Notes under the pieces: generated by a model
What the model was told of the DNA's origin: nothing
Databases searched by the model: none
The model's input: only the letters and a program-made list of their open reading frames with translations
Position numbers and translations under genes: made by a program
Assembly: GCA_038087875.1 (NCBI GenBank)
Contig: CM075977.1
Span: 361,398,001-361,462,000, forward strand
Reading direction: 5' to 3'
DNA length: 64,000 nucleotides
Source: Malacoraja senta
Lineage: Eukaryota
Shown: positions 13,210 to 25,218 of the stretch, in pieces
Numbering within the stretch: position 1 is the first letter of the stretch
How the letters are laid out: every line of letters begins with the position of its first letter

Positions 13210-13658
13210 TATAGAAACATAAAATCATGGAAAATAGGTGCAGGAGTAGGCCATTCGGCCCTTCGAGCCAGCACCGCCATTCAATATGATCATGGCTGAT
13301 CAACATTCCAACATTCCCGTTTCTGCTTTCCCCCCATATGCCTTGATTCCGTTAGCCCTAAGAGCTAAATCTAACTCTCTCTTGAAAACATCCAGTGAAT
13401 TGGCCTCCACTGCCTTCTGTGGCAGAGAATTCCACAGATTTGCAACTCTCTGAGTGAAAAGGTTCTTCCTCATCTCAGTCCTAAATGGCCTACCCCTTAT
13501 TCTTAAACTGTGACCCCTGGTTCTGGACTCCCCTGACATCGGGAACATTTTTCCTGCATCTGGCCATTCCAATCCCTTAAGAATTTTATATGTTTCTATA
13601 AGATACCCTTTCATCCTTCTAAATTCCAGTGAATACAAGCCCGGTCGACCCATTCTTT
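13210..13658 (-). mobile_element. CR1 LINE 3' fragment
   Basis: ORF 13300..13653 GLYSLEFRRMKGYLIETYKILKG...FTQRVANLWNSLP; CATAGAAA-like tail. Confidence 0.92.
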
Positions 13659-14052
13659 CGGATATGGATATGTCCGGGATTTTATTCGAATCCCGTTAAA
13701 CAAAACACAAGTGGAATGCATTTTTGAAAAAAATAGGTTGCATTATCCAAAGCTCTTTAACATATTGCACCAGGGCATGCTCTAGGTTTTGCCGAGTTGC
13801 TGCTTTAATCCTTTCGGGCTTTGAATAGAATTTTTCTCTTTTCACTGGAGGTCAGCATAATTTCCTGGGATTCATATGGTGAGTGTACGTTACCCTCATT
13901 GAGTCTAAATTTTTAACATCTCCAGATTATTTTAATGAAACATCATATTTTCAATTTTAATTGTGAAAACATTTAAAGAATTGTTCACATTTTGGTCAAA
14001 ACTGAGCTTATCAATATTAAAGGCAACAAATTGACAGATCTGGAGCCAGAAA

Positions 14053-14313
14053 CATACAGCATGGAAACACAGGCCCTGGGCCCAGCAAGTCTACACCATC
14101 AAGCACCAATTTACATGCATCATGTACTAATTATATTTCATTAGAAATTGCCAAATTGCCTGTCTTTGGGATTGTGAGGAAAGTTCACCACCCAAAGGAA
14201 ACACACATGGCCATACAACTCCAATGACCCATGTGCAATCCTGAGCTCCACCTGAAAATCCACACAGGCAGCAGCGTGAGTAGTTAGCCGTAGTGCCACT
14301 ATCTCTGCGCTGC
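14053..14313 (-). mobile_element. Older HE1/V-SINE copy
   Basis: Degenerate match to other SINE copies ('atacagcatggaaaca...ggccc', 'gtgaggaaag', 'gccactatctctgcgc'). Confidence 0.6.
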
Positions 14314-14356
14314 CTGTTGATGCAAGAACATTTATCATTCTGATAGTGAACACTAA

Positions 14357-14702
14357 AGGGCATGTCCCACTGTAACCATAACCCTAACCCTAACCCTAAC
14401 CCTAACCCTAATTCAAGAGTTCTCCCGAGTTTCCCCTGATTCGAACTCGGAGAATTACGGTAATAGCCGCTCGTAGGTACTCGGGGCTCTCGTGGACATT
14501 TTTCAACATGTTTAAAAATCTTCACGAGTCTTCACGAGCTTACCGTGTTTCCCGAGTACCTGCCGTTAGCGTTACGAGCCGCTAAGAGATGTCCCGAGCT
14601 CCGACGTACCCGCTACGTACATTCTACGTGCTTACCACGAGTTTGATTTTTTTTTTAACTCGGGAGAGCTCTTGAATTACCTCGTACAGTGGGACTGGCC
14701 CT
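14357..14702. mobile_element. PIF/Harbinger MITE, complete, with a telomeric insert in the left TIR
   Basis: TAA|AGGGCATGTCCCACTGTA...TACAGTGGGACTGGCCCT|TAA; TIRs extend about 45 bp. Confidence 0.9.
14373..14411 (-). repeat. Interstitial telomeric repeat (TTAGGG)n
   Basis: TAACCA + (TAACCC)5 + TAA on the plus strand. Confidence 0.95.
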
Positions 14703-16079
14703 TAACAGCAAGGACACATGTTAAGGATTATCAACCCGGGTTAAAATGGGATTTTGGTGGAAGTTTTTTCAGCTGAGAGCTGGCAGTTTTATGAAGGGAC
14801 TAGAAAATGACAATATATTTCTCCAGGATGCAATTAGATACCATTTTGGAGGCTGAGGAGTTGAGGGATATGAAGAACTAGCAACCGCGATGCAGCTTTT
14901 ACAAGTAAGACTCTTGATGACTTTTCATCCACATGCCATCCTTACCATCCTTCCTACTTTACAGTTTTCCGCTAACTACCACCTAGCTCAGCTCAAAAAT
15001 AAAAGGACTGAGTATATGCTTTCCTATCTTTATATTAGTGGCTTGGTATTACATTGAGTGGTGTCTTTAGCCTTTGATCAAAGAAGCTTACCTAAATCTC
15101 TAATACTTATTAAACAAAGGATTCCAGTGAAATGAGTCTGCTTTGCTCATCACAGACTTACCTTGAACTGAAATTTCAGGTTTTGCTCAGGTATGGTCAA
15201 ACAGAACAGCTCAGCAAAATCAAATTCTTTGAACAATCAAATATTCATCCATTTTTACTTCAGTGAAGAAACACTGTGGCATTTTTCAAAGGGATTTATA
15301 ATAGAATTCTTCATTTTTGTTCCACATTTTATTTCTATTCTCCTTGATCATTATTCAGTATGAATACGTTTTGCCCAATGTAATTCCCAAAGATTTCATT
15401 TAAAAAATATAACACTGGTATCTAAAAAAGGAGTCTGATATTTAAAGGAGTTTTCAAGTATGCCATCGACATTTACATATATCCTAATACTCCCCAAGCT
15501 CCTCCAGGCATTGTGTCCTTATGCCACTATCTCAATCATATCTCTCATTATTACTTGATGTCTTTGGGATCTGTAATTAAAGTTCTGACAGTTTTGACAG
15601 CAAAAGGTCATTTATTTATCAATTGTTCGTCATATTCACAAATTCAATTAAAATAATATTTTAAATGCAATGTTGAAAGATTCCACATAGCCACGAGATT
15701 ACAATAACTGAAAATGATAAAGCATATTTTGCGTTGAGGATAGATGGTAAAGTAGATTTGTACATTGTCCTTTTACCACAGAGGTTTGGGGTTGATTCCA
15801 GTTTAATCTACATATGCGGAATATTCTTGAGGTGTTTGAGAGATGAGATAATGCACCATTTAAATGCAAGCTCTTCCTTTCAGATTTACAGGATGAGGGC
15901 GTCTTTTCTTCTTTGACAGTATTACAGGCATTTTAGTGGAATGAGTTTTGATGATATCAGCATGACAACCACTGGGCCCACAAAAGAGCCCACAATTCAA
16001 GGCCAAGTGCACAAATGAAAATAGTTGGCATTCCAAATTCTCTTTGGTGCAGCCTTTTGAGATAGAGAGTGAAGCAGAA

Positions 16080-16730
16080 TGTAGTCGCTGCCTCAAAAAG
16101 GCAGCCAAAATCATCAAAGACCCACACCATCATGGCCACACACACTCCCGACGCCGGAGTACCATCACCCGGCGAGAACGGCCAGGAACATCGGGCCTCC
16201 GTAGTGGCGAATGTGGAGGCCTCAATAGGCCCGACTATGGGTGGACATGGGGATGGGGACTGGACTTTGTGCCTTCCCCCACAGTGGGAACCATTGTGGG
16301 GGGATGTTTTTATGTTTAATGTTAAACTTCTTAATGCTATGTTGTATTTTTATTAGTGTGCTGCAAGGACATCAGAATTTCCCCTGAATAAGGGGATTAA
16401 TAAAGTAAAAATCAATCAAATCAAATCAAAAATCATTTCACCATTGCCATCGGGAAGAAGGTACAGGAGCCTGAAAACTGTAACGTCCAGGTTCAGGAAC
16501 AGCTTCTTCCCTACAGCCACCAGGCTATTAAACACAACAACAAATAAGCTCTTAGCTCTGAACTGCAAAAGTCTATATTATTACTGCACTATATTTGATA
16601 TTTATTGAACTTTTTTTCTCTTCCCCCATTATGTAAGATGTTTACATATTCACATATTCTGTTGTGCTGCAGCAAGTAAGAATTTCACTGTCCCATCGGG
16701 ACATATGACAATAAAACACTCTTGACTCTT
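16080..16730 (+). mobile_element. Rex1/Babar 3' end with a nested GC-rich retroposon 3' end (about 16150-16430)
   Basis: RCLKKAAKIIKDPHHHGH, continuing after the insert as 'ttgccatcgggaagaaggtacaggagcc'; the insert ends 'aatttcccc...ggggattaataaagta(aatca)n'. Confidence 0.8.
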
Positions 16731-17939
16731 GAACTGGGTGCAGAAGTTCATCTTCCAGTTGACTTTGAACACTCAGAGTTGACATTGAATACACGTTGTC
16801 TCCTGTTCCATTGGCCAGTGCTAACATCTTTCACTTAGTTGAGTACAAATTTCATTCAATAAAATTAATTTGAAAATATTCCAGAAATAAAAACCTAAAT
16901 ATTGGCTAAAATGTCTTCATACTGGGAAGTGAATGCTTAAAATCTGACACATCGCACTGACATCAGCCCATTTATATTCATTTGTGGGTCAAATTAATAT
17001 TAAAATATCTAATGGAGACAATTGATGCGCATTTTCATTATTAGTGAAAATGGTACTAGTTTTGCCCTGCTTCTGCATTTTTGTGGCAGAAATTTGAAAG
17101 TTCATGCCTACTTTAATATTTGGAATGATATGGCAGTGCCCTGTTCACAAGGTAGAACGCTGCATCTTCCTTTGTCAGGCATCAATAAGTTTAAAACTTT
17201 TAGTCCATTTTTGATAAGAGGTATGCTAAATATACAAAAAGAAATTCTATCTATCTTTATCCCTTATTTTTGTAATCTTCTCTCAGTTCCATGCATCACT
17301 CCACACGGTAATCTGCTGTCAGGCAAATATAAAGCTTTTCTTTAAATGGCCACTAGGAAATTGTTTAGTTTGACGTACCTTGCTTTGATGCCTCAGCAAA
17401 GATTGCATGTATGGTTGAGTGTGGGCAGTCGTCTGTGTTTACCTCGGATGAAAATAAAGTCGACCTTTTGATATTTATAGATTAAAAAAGGATATACATC
17501 GAAGTCTTATGGCATTGCACTGCATTGCATTGCACTCAGATAATCCGTTTTCCCTTTTGATCTCAATGATATTAAAGGAAGGATTTGTTTTTCCTTCTTT
17601 GAATACTGCAATGGAATTATTGACAGCCATCTAAGAGGACAGATAGATGATAACGTGTCATCTTTCAGTGCTGCATGATGGAGGTACCATACAAACAAGG
17701 CCTGTGTGATGTCTGGAGCTTTTGTACAATTCTCTGACTCGAGTGCATCACCTCAAAATCACACAATCACTCCTATGTAAAAGGACAAAGGCGGCAAATG
17801 AACACTCTCACCACAACCCAGAAGTTCCCTAAGTTATGCACTGTCCTGACCTGGAGATATACGGCCATATTTTCAAAGTCTCTTGGTCTAGATGGTGCAA
17901 CTTATTGCCTGACTCCACCACACAAATTGCACAATTACC

Positions 17940-18205
17940 TCAGGTGTGGTGGAGTTTGCACTTTCTTCCTGTATCCACAGGGCTTTCTCTTAGGTGCAAT
18001 GCTTTCCTTTAATATCTCAAATACATTCTGTTTTGTGGATTAACTGGCTACAGTAAGTTATCCTTAGTGTAGATGATTGGTAGGAGAATCGGCGTGCAAA
18101 TGATGGGCATGTGAGTGAGAAGAGTTCACAGGAAAATAAATGGGGGAGTCAGATTGATATAATTGTTTTGAGAGCTGACATTAACTCGATGGGCTGAATG
18201 GCTTC
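17940..18205 (+). mobile_element. Old V-SINE fragment
   Basis: 'ggagtttgcac...ctcttaggtgc..gctttcct...aactggcta.agtaagtt' V-domain-like; 3' 'gatgggctgaatggcttcc'. Confidence 0.55.
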
Positions 18206-19989
18206 CTTCAATGTTGCAAGAATAAACGATGAAATAAGTTTGGAGAAGTTGCCGTTAAAAGGTGTCTCATTTGATTTTCAACTTCTATTGGTTCAACACG
18301 GTCAGGGAAGATTCAGGATAATAACATTTATAACCACACACAAGTGCAAGGGTCAAGAAATAATAACAATGCTCGATTTTAGTTACCGAGCTGGACCTGT
18401 GCCAGACAACATATAAAGGAAGTTACATGACATGAACATAGTCTGGAGGTATGACTAAATTTGACAACGAGGCTAACAATTGATGGCAATCACTTGGATA
18501 AGGCCAGGAGTGTTCTCAGTAACGAGACATCACAGGTCAGTATGAGGCAGTATTAGAACAAAAAGGTGAGTACTGGGAGAAAAGAAAAAAAAAACATTGC
18601 GGGGATATAAAGCTTTAACTGAGAACTATAATGGTTAGAAAAATCAAGTCATCACTGATCGATAATGACATCGTTTTTCTGTGTAAAACAGCAACTGCAG
18701 TTCCTTGTATCACCAGTGACAAAATTAATCTTCTGGAAATATGTCAAAGAGATGCAGTAATGTTCTCTTCAATTAATCCATCTTGTACTTCTGCTTCCAC
18801 TTTCTTGCATATCTACTTGATGTGGTGTGAAAATTGAAATAAAATAAAATAAAACATTAATAAACAACTCTAAGACCATTTATCGATAGACTGACATGCA
18901 TATCCCCTGACTTTAAATATGCTGCTAAGTGCCTTGAATGGAGGTATGTGCGTTCACGAGACAATGGCACAATTGCTCAGGGTTAAAGCTGACATCCCTC
19001 CTGTGGATCATGATCCCTATTTTGTCACTGCTTATTGGAGAGAGGCTGACTGTAAAGAAAGGGCAAGTGAACATCTTTATAGAGGAACTAATCCCATGAC
19101 ACACTGAACTGCAGGGGATGAGCATGGCTGGTAATTCACACCATTCATACAGAGGAGATTGGAAAAAGGGACAAACATCAAATTAATTCCACCTTTTGCT
19201 CTGGTCTGATGTGACGGTTGAATGAGATGGGGTTTAATCTAGTTGTGCAACTTGAGCATCAAGAGGCTAATGTAAAAAGTCAATTCCCATAATTCCTTGG
19301 CGTTCCCGAGAAATGCAATTTAAGCTTGTCCATACAAGGCTTCTAGATTTCATAAGGTCAATTTTATTTTTAAAATGTCACCCACACGGAAATGTTTGAG
19401 GCTTTCATTGTCAAGCCGTATGCTGATGCTCATCCTGCCTATGAATAAATAACTAGCTAAATAAATGCAAGTACTGCTCTTGCCCTGTGCCTTCTAATTT
19501 GAACATCTATCCTGTCTGTACATATATTTGTCCCGGCAGAAAGTGGAATACTTGCTTGGGTATTAGGAGTGTAATCTATATTATCCATTTTCTTCAGATG
19601 AGCTTATAAACCTGGGTTTTAGAATTTTATTTAACACTTCAAAAAAATATTTTTCTGCAACAATTATAATGCTGGGGGAATCAAACTTTTTAATGATGTG
19701 GGGCTCAAAAGCACCAATATTGTTTTGGATTCAGGAAAATATATTTTGGGCAGTAGAGTATTCGGGTGGGAGTCTGAGTTTCCCACATACCTTGCCAAAT
19801 TTAACAGCAACTTTTTCAAGAGATTTTCTTTTCCCTTGACAACCATCCAGATTGACAACCTGTCTGTCTGCTGTGCTGGAAAGTGGCAGGGAGGCTGTGT
19901 TTGAGTAATTCTTACTTTCTGAGCCAGGTTAGACATCAAAGGTCAGAGGGAGATGAGATGCTCAGAAAATATAGGATGATGCACGAACG

Positions 19990-20540
19990 ATGTGGAGGCT
20001 TTGGAGAGCGTAAAAAGAGATTTACCAAATTGCTGCCTTGGTAGAGGGGTATTAACTACAAAGAGAGGTTGGACTGACTTGGATTGTCTTCTCTGGAGCA
20101 CCGGAGATTGAGGAGAGACATGATAGAAATATTCCCATGTGGATGATCAGCGATGATCACAGTGAATGGTGGTGCTGCCTCGAAGGGCCGAATGGCCTAC
20201 TCCTGCACATATTGTCTACTGTCTATCTATGAGAGGCATAGATGCGGTGCACATTCAGAACCTTTTTGCCAGGGTTGAAATGTCAAAAAGGTGAGAAGAG
20301 CCATTTAAAGGATATTGTGTGGGACAAGTTATTTTACACAGAGAGTGGTGAGTACCTAGAAAGTGGTGGAGGCAGATATAATAGTGGTGTTTAAGAGGCT
20401 TTTTGATTGGTACATGGAAATGCAGAAAATGGAGGGATATGGATCCTGTGCAGGCAGATGAGATTAGTTTATTTTAGCATCATGTTCAGCAAAGATATTT
20501 AGGCCGAAAGGCCTGTTCCTGTGCAGTATTGTTGTGAGTT
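19990..20540 (+). mobile_element. Degenerate CR1 3' region with a nested short CR1 3' end (about 20135-20230)
   Basis: 'gaggctttggagagcgt...agattgaggagagacatgatagaa'; 3' 'ggccgaaaggcctgttcctgtgc'. Confidence 0.8.
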
Positions 20541-20754
20541 ATATTTTCTCTGCAGGAATCACACAGAGAGGTGGACAAGATTCAGGCAAGGTTGTATCAG
20601 GCATGGCCATAAATTATGCTGATGGGTAGAGTTGATGGGGTAGTGAGGACATGTCATCAGGGCATCATAAGAAGACAGGAATTGTCTTGATCATGTCAAA
20701 GTCAATTTCCTGGTTCATAAGCAGTGCAGCTCATGGAACAAGCACTTCTTACCA

Positions 20755-21145
20755 AACAATACGATATGATAAAATATAATATTTATCCCAGGAGGGAAAT
20801 TAATTTGCCAACAGTCATAAAAAAAACAGAAAATACATGAAACATGAAATTAAAGTGACGAATGAAAAGGGTTTAGGGATGTGCTAAGATTGAGGAGGTG
20901 GGTTGGGGGGGGTGAGGGGAGTCAGTCTCAGTCTACCCCATGACAGAAGGGGGAGGAGTTGTAAAGTTTGATAGCCACAGGGAAGAAGGATCTTCTGTGG
21001 CATTCTGTCCTGCATTTTGGTGGAACCAGTCTGTTGTTGAAGGTACTCCTCAGGTTGACCAGTGTGTCATGGAGGGGTGAGTTGCATTGTCCAGGATGCT
21101 CCGCAGTTTGAGGCACATCCTCTCCTCCAAGTCCACCTCCCATGA
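20755..21145 (-). mobile_element. Rex1/Babar-type LINE 3' end
   Basis: ORF 20928..21143 SPLHDTLVNLRSTFNNRLVPPKCRTECHRRSFFPVAIKLYN. Confidence 0.85.
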
Positions 21146-21179
21146 ATTCACCTCGTTTTCATTGAAAAACATTTTTTTT

Positions 21180-21545
21180 TAATTTTATGCCTTCTTGCCG
21201 TGTGGTTACTCTTGGTGACAGCAGCATTTACTGTCCATACCCTCATTGCCTCTGACGGGGAGTGGCTGCTGAGAGCTAACTACTTTGGTGGGACTGGGGT
21301 CAAACATATCAGACCTGGTAAAGATAGGAGATTTTCTTCTCCATAGGGCTCAAGTGAACCAGATTGCATTTTACAACAATCCAGTGGGTTTTGTGGTTAT
21401 TATAACAGAGACTAGTTTAAATTTCAGATTTGTTTTAATTAATTCAATTCAAATTCCCCAGCTGCCGTGCAGAAATTCAAACTCATGTTTTTGGATCAGT
21501 GGTCCAGAACTCTGACAGTGCAGCATCTTAACCATTACACCCCCT
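21180..21545 (-). mobile_element. Old tRNA-derived SINE (second family)
   Basis: Minus strand begins GGTGTAATGGTTAAGATG (A-box-like)...GAGTTTGAATTTC (B-box-like). Confidence 0.55.
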
Positions 21546-22176
21546 GGAATTCCAACTCCATGTCTGAAAATATAAATGGAGTTAAAATGGAGACAACTAG
21601 ATGTTGTAACTACTTTAGTTACATACTCAGAGTACATTGGTCATAACCCCAGTTACCCTATAATCCTCCACACCTCCTCCCCAACATCCCACTCCCCTCA
21701 TCTACTCTATTCCCCTCCCTTCTAAACCTGCTTATTTTGCCTCTTAAACTGGAGATTAATTTTTGTTGTATTTAATTTTTTTTTACCTGCCCGTTTGATC
21801 CCAATCCTCCCTTCCTCGGAGGCTAACACTCATACATCACAGGAGCGGAATGAGGCCATTTAGCACATCGAGTCTCCTCTGCCATTCAATCCTGGCTGAG
21901 CTATCTCTCCTTCTCAACCCCATAACCATTGACACCCTCACTAATCTAGAATTTGTCCATCTCCACTGTTAAACATATTGTCAGTGGGAGTTGGGTGGGA
22001 AACATTGTTCCTCACCCCACTCCCACGAGCAACTATAAGTGCACTTGGGTCCAATTAAACCATGGGTGGATTTACTGCAAAGTTTCTCTCTGCTGTCCCA
22101 GCAATATCTTTCAATTAATCGTATCACCTATTTTTTTTAATGCATCTGTTTCACACACCTGCCAAATTGAACAGTA

Positions 22177-22465
22177 GAAGAGACACAAAATGTTGGAGTA
22201 ACTTAGTGGGTCAGGCAGCGTCTCTGGAGAAAAAGAATAGGTGATGTTTTGATGTCGAGACACTTCATCAAACTAAGAGTCAAGGAGGACATTGGAGGTA
22301 TGGGAAGGTACAGAACTCCTCCCTGACTCTTAGTCTGATAAACGGTCTCGACCCAAAACGTCACTATTCCTCTTCTCCAGAGGTGCTGCCTCACCCCGCC
22401 GAATTACTCCAGCATTTTGTGTCTATCTTTGGTGTAAACTAGCATCTGCAGTTCCTTCTTGCACA
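22177..22465. mobile_element. Penelope-derived fold-back repeat (inverted terminal-repeat pair)
   Basis: Left arm about 22177-22290 is the reverse complement of the right arm from about 22316; degenerate hammerhead motif 'ctgataaacggtctcgacccaaaacgtc'. Confidence 0.8.
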
Positions 22466-22484
22466 TATTGAACAGTACTATCGC

Positions 22485-22640
22485 AACGTTTAAGAAACAT
22501 TTGCACAGGTATATGTATCGGATAGGTTTGGAGGGAATGGGCCAAACGCAGGCAGGTGGGACAAGAGTAGAAGGAACACGTTGAACGGTGTGGGGAAGGA
22601 AGGCCAGTTTCCAAACGGTACGACTCTATGACTCCATGAG
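22485..22640 (+). mobile_element. CR1 3' end
   Basis: 'tttaagaaacatttgcacaggta...gagggaatgggccaaacgcaggc...gactctatgactcc'. Confidence 0.75.
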
Positions 22641-22772
22641 ATCAATAGAGAGCGTGGGCTGAAACCAAGAATGTCAGTTTCACCAGAACCTGACAACCTT
22701 GTTCAGTGAATCTTTTAATTAATGTCCTGGCTCTTTTTGCAATGTTAGGGTGACAATTCTGTTTTAATGTAA

Positions 22773-22820
22773 ATAAATATAATACAAATATAATATAATA
22801 TAATGAAGATAATACAATAT
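22773..22820. repeat. (AATAT)n microsatellite
   Basis: Imperfect pentamer run. Confidence 0.8.
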
Positions 22821-22972
22821 CTGGGCACTTACGCCAGCTCCTTATTAGATGTTTGTCTATTTAACACTGACATTACTGAGACTGCAGATGCTGGAATCTG
22901 GATCAATAAACAACCTGCTGATGGAATTTTATGAATCAGGCAGCATCTGTGGAGGGAAGTGGACAGTCATTG

Positions 22973-23285
22973 TTTAGTTTAATTTAGTTTAGTTCAGAGA
23001 TACAGCGTGGAAACAGGCCTTTTGGCCCACCGAGTCCGTGCCAACCATCACCCTGTACACTAGCACTACCCGACACGTTCACGACAATTTTCAATTTTAA
23101 AGAAGCCAATTAACCTACAAACCTGTGCGTCTTTGGCGTGTGGGAGGAAACTGGAGCACTCGGAGAAGATCCATGCGATCAGAGGGAGAATGTAAAAACA
23201 CTGTACAGACAGCACCAATGGTCAGGATTTAACCCGGGTCTTTGGCACTGTAATGAAGCAACTCTACAGCTGTGCCATCGTGCCA
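22973..23285 (-). mobile_element. HE1/V-SINE, near full length, inside a Penelope-type repeat
   Basis: (TTTAG)n tail, V-domain and tRNA-like head; Penelope repeat halves at about 22880-22972 and 23300-23370. Confidence 0.88.
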
Positions 23286-23603
23286 CTCGTTTGTTGCAGG
23301 GCGACAGTCCATTTTCCTCTGCCAATGCTGCCTGACCCACAGAAATCCTCCAGCAGTTTAGTTTTTGCAATTGACATTACCGAGTTGGTCAAAACAAAAA
23401 CTGGTTCAGATGTCTACTGTTCAGCGATTGTCCCTGTTATACCATCAGTGACACTTAAACTTGGTTGATACCGCACTACCTCTCATGTTTGAGTATTTCT
23501 TACTTTTGATCCAGCTGCCTGTTCGATAATTTGCCTGCCGCATATTTTCGGGTCAGATTCCAATTTCCAACTTACCAGCTTTCAATTTTCATAACAAGTT
23601 TAA

Positions 23604-23927
23604 AGGGGCTGTCCCACTGCGGCGACCTAATCCGCGAGTTCAGAAGAATTTGCCCTCGACTCATACTCGCAGCATGGTCGACACGAGGTCCTAGGAGGTC
23701 TTTGTAACTCTCCTTCATGCTCGAGAGTAGTCCCCGCATACTCGAGGCCTCAGCTAGGTCGCGGCGTATTTTTCAACATGCTGAAAAATGCCCGCGAGTA
23801 GAAAAAGATCGCCATGGAAAAAACTATATATTTTTTACTCGTAGGTTTAGTCGAGGTAGGTCGTAGTAGGTCGGCATGTTATTCGTAGGTAATCGAGGGT
23901 AGTTAAAGGTAATCGAATGTAGTCAAA
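23604..23927. mobile_element. Harbinger MITE, one-ended
   Basis: TAA|AGGGGCTGTCCCACTGCGGCGACCTAATCCGCGAG, homologous to the start of 9733; no second TIR. Confidence 0.8.
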
Positions 23928-24164
23928 GGGGGCGCCGTCCTGTATGGTATGGCTGCCCAGCCTGCAGCTGTCCGTTTTTCACTTTTTTTTTTATTTTAGT
24001 GAGTTTTAGTGTTTTGTTTTTGGAGTTCTAGTCTTTTTTATGTGGGGGGTGGGGGTTGGGGGAAGGGGGAAACTACTTTTCAGGGTCCCTACTTGGTTGG
24101 AGAGGCAGCTTTTCTCCGGGCTGCACTTTTTTCCCGTCCTCGCGGCGTTTCCTGAGGGGACCGC

Positions 24165-25218
24165 CCTGAAGGCCAAGAGCAAAGCCAGTAACACCGCCAT
24201 CATGGAGCTTTAGTACGTGGACGACTGCGCCATTGCAGCACACTCTGCAGAAGACCTCCAGGGCATCCTGAATGCCTTTGCCAAGGCATACAGAGCCATT
24301 GGCCTAGCCTTAAATATCAAGAAGACCCAGGTCTTACATCAATCTACACCCAACCAGCCGCCTACCCAGCCTACTATAAAAGTGGACGACACCACTCTTG
24401 AAAACGTTGACCACTTCCCCAACCTTGGCAGCATTCTTTCCTCAAAAGCTGACATCGACTCTGAGGTCAAACATCGCCTGAGTTGTGCCAGCGGAGCCTA
24501 CGCCGGACTCAGGAAAAGAGTCTTTGAAGACCGAGACCTGAAGGCTCAACAAAACTGCTGGTCTACAGAGCCGTTGTCCTCTCCACCTTGTTGTATGGAG
24601 CCGAGTCATGGACCACCTACAGCAGGCACCTGAGAGCCCTGGAACAATACCATCAAAGATCCTTACGAAAGATTCTGAGGATCAGCTGGGAGGACAAACG
24701 CACTAACATCAGCATTTTGGAGGAAGCCAACGTGACCAGCATCACCACCACAATAATGCAGCACCAACTTCGCTGGACTGGCCATGTCATCCGCACGTCC
24801 AACACACGTCTCCCTATACAAATCCTATACTCTCAATTGAAGGAAGGTCGGCGAGCCCCCGGCGGGCCAAAGAAATGCTTCAAGGACAACATCAAGAACA
24901 GTCTGAAGAAATTCCACATCACATCGAGCAAATGGGAACACATTGCATTTGACAGGCGGTCCTGGAGGAAATCCGTGCAGGAAGGAGCTGCACGTCACGA
25001 AATGGAACTACGCCGTGTCGCAGAGACAAAGCGACAGCACCGTAAGGAGAGAGAGAAGGAGGCTCGACGACTACCAACCACCGCCAGTCTCCACTGCCCA
25101 CTTTGCACCAAGGTGTGTGGATCGTGGATTGGCCTCTACAAACATCTGCAGACCCACAACTAGACGACCCTATGGAGAGGACGGTCATACTCGTTTCGAG
25201 TGACCGCCGATGATGACA
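24165..25218 (+). mobile_element. RTE-clade LINE, 5'-truncated (RT C-terminus plus C2H2 zinc finger)
   Basis: EL*YVDDCA (YADD box), GLALNIKKTQVL, FPNLGS, LYGAESWT, QLRWTGHVIR, CPLCTKVCGSWIGLYKHLQTH; one stop and one frameshift near 24550; 3' hairpin plus (GAT)n tail. Confidence 0.93.
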
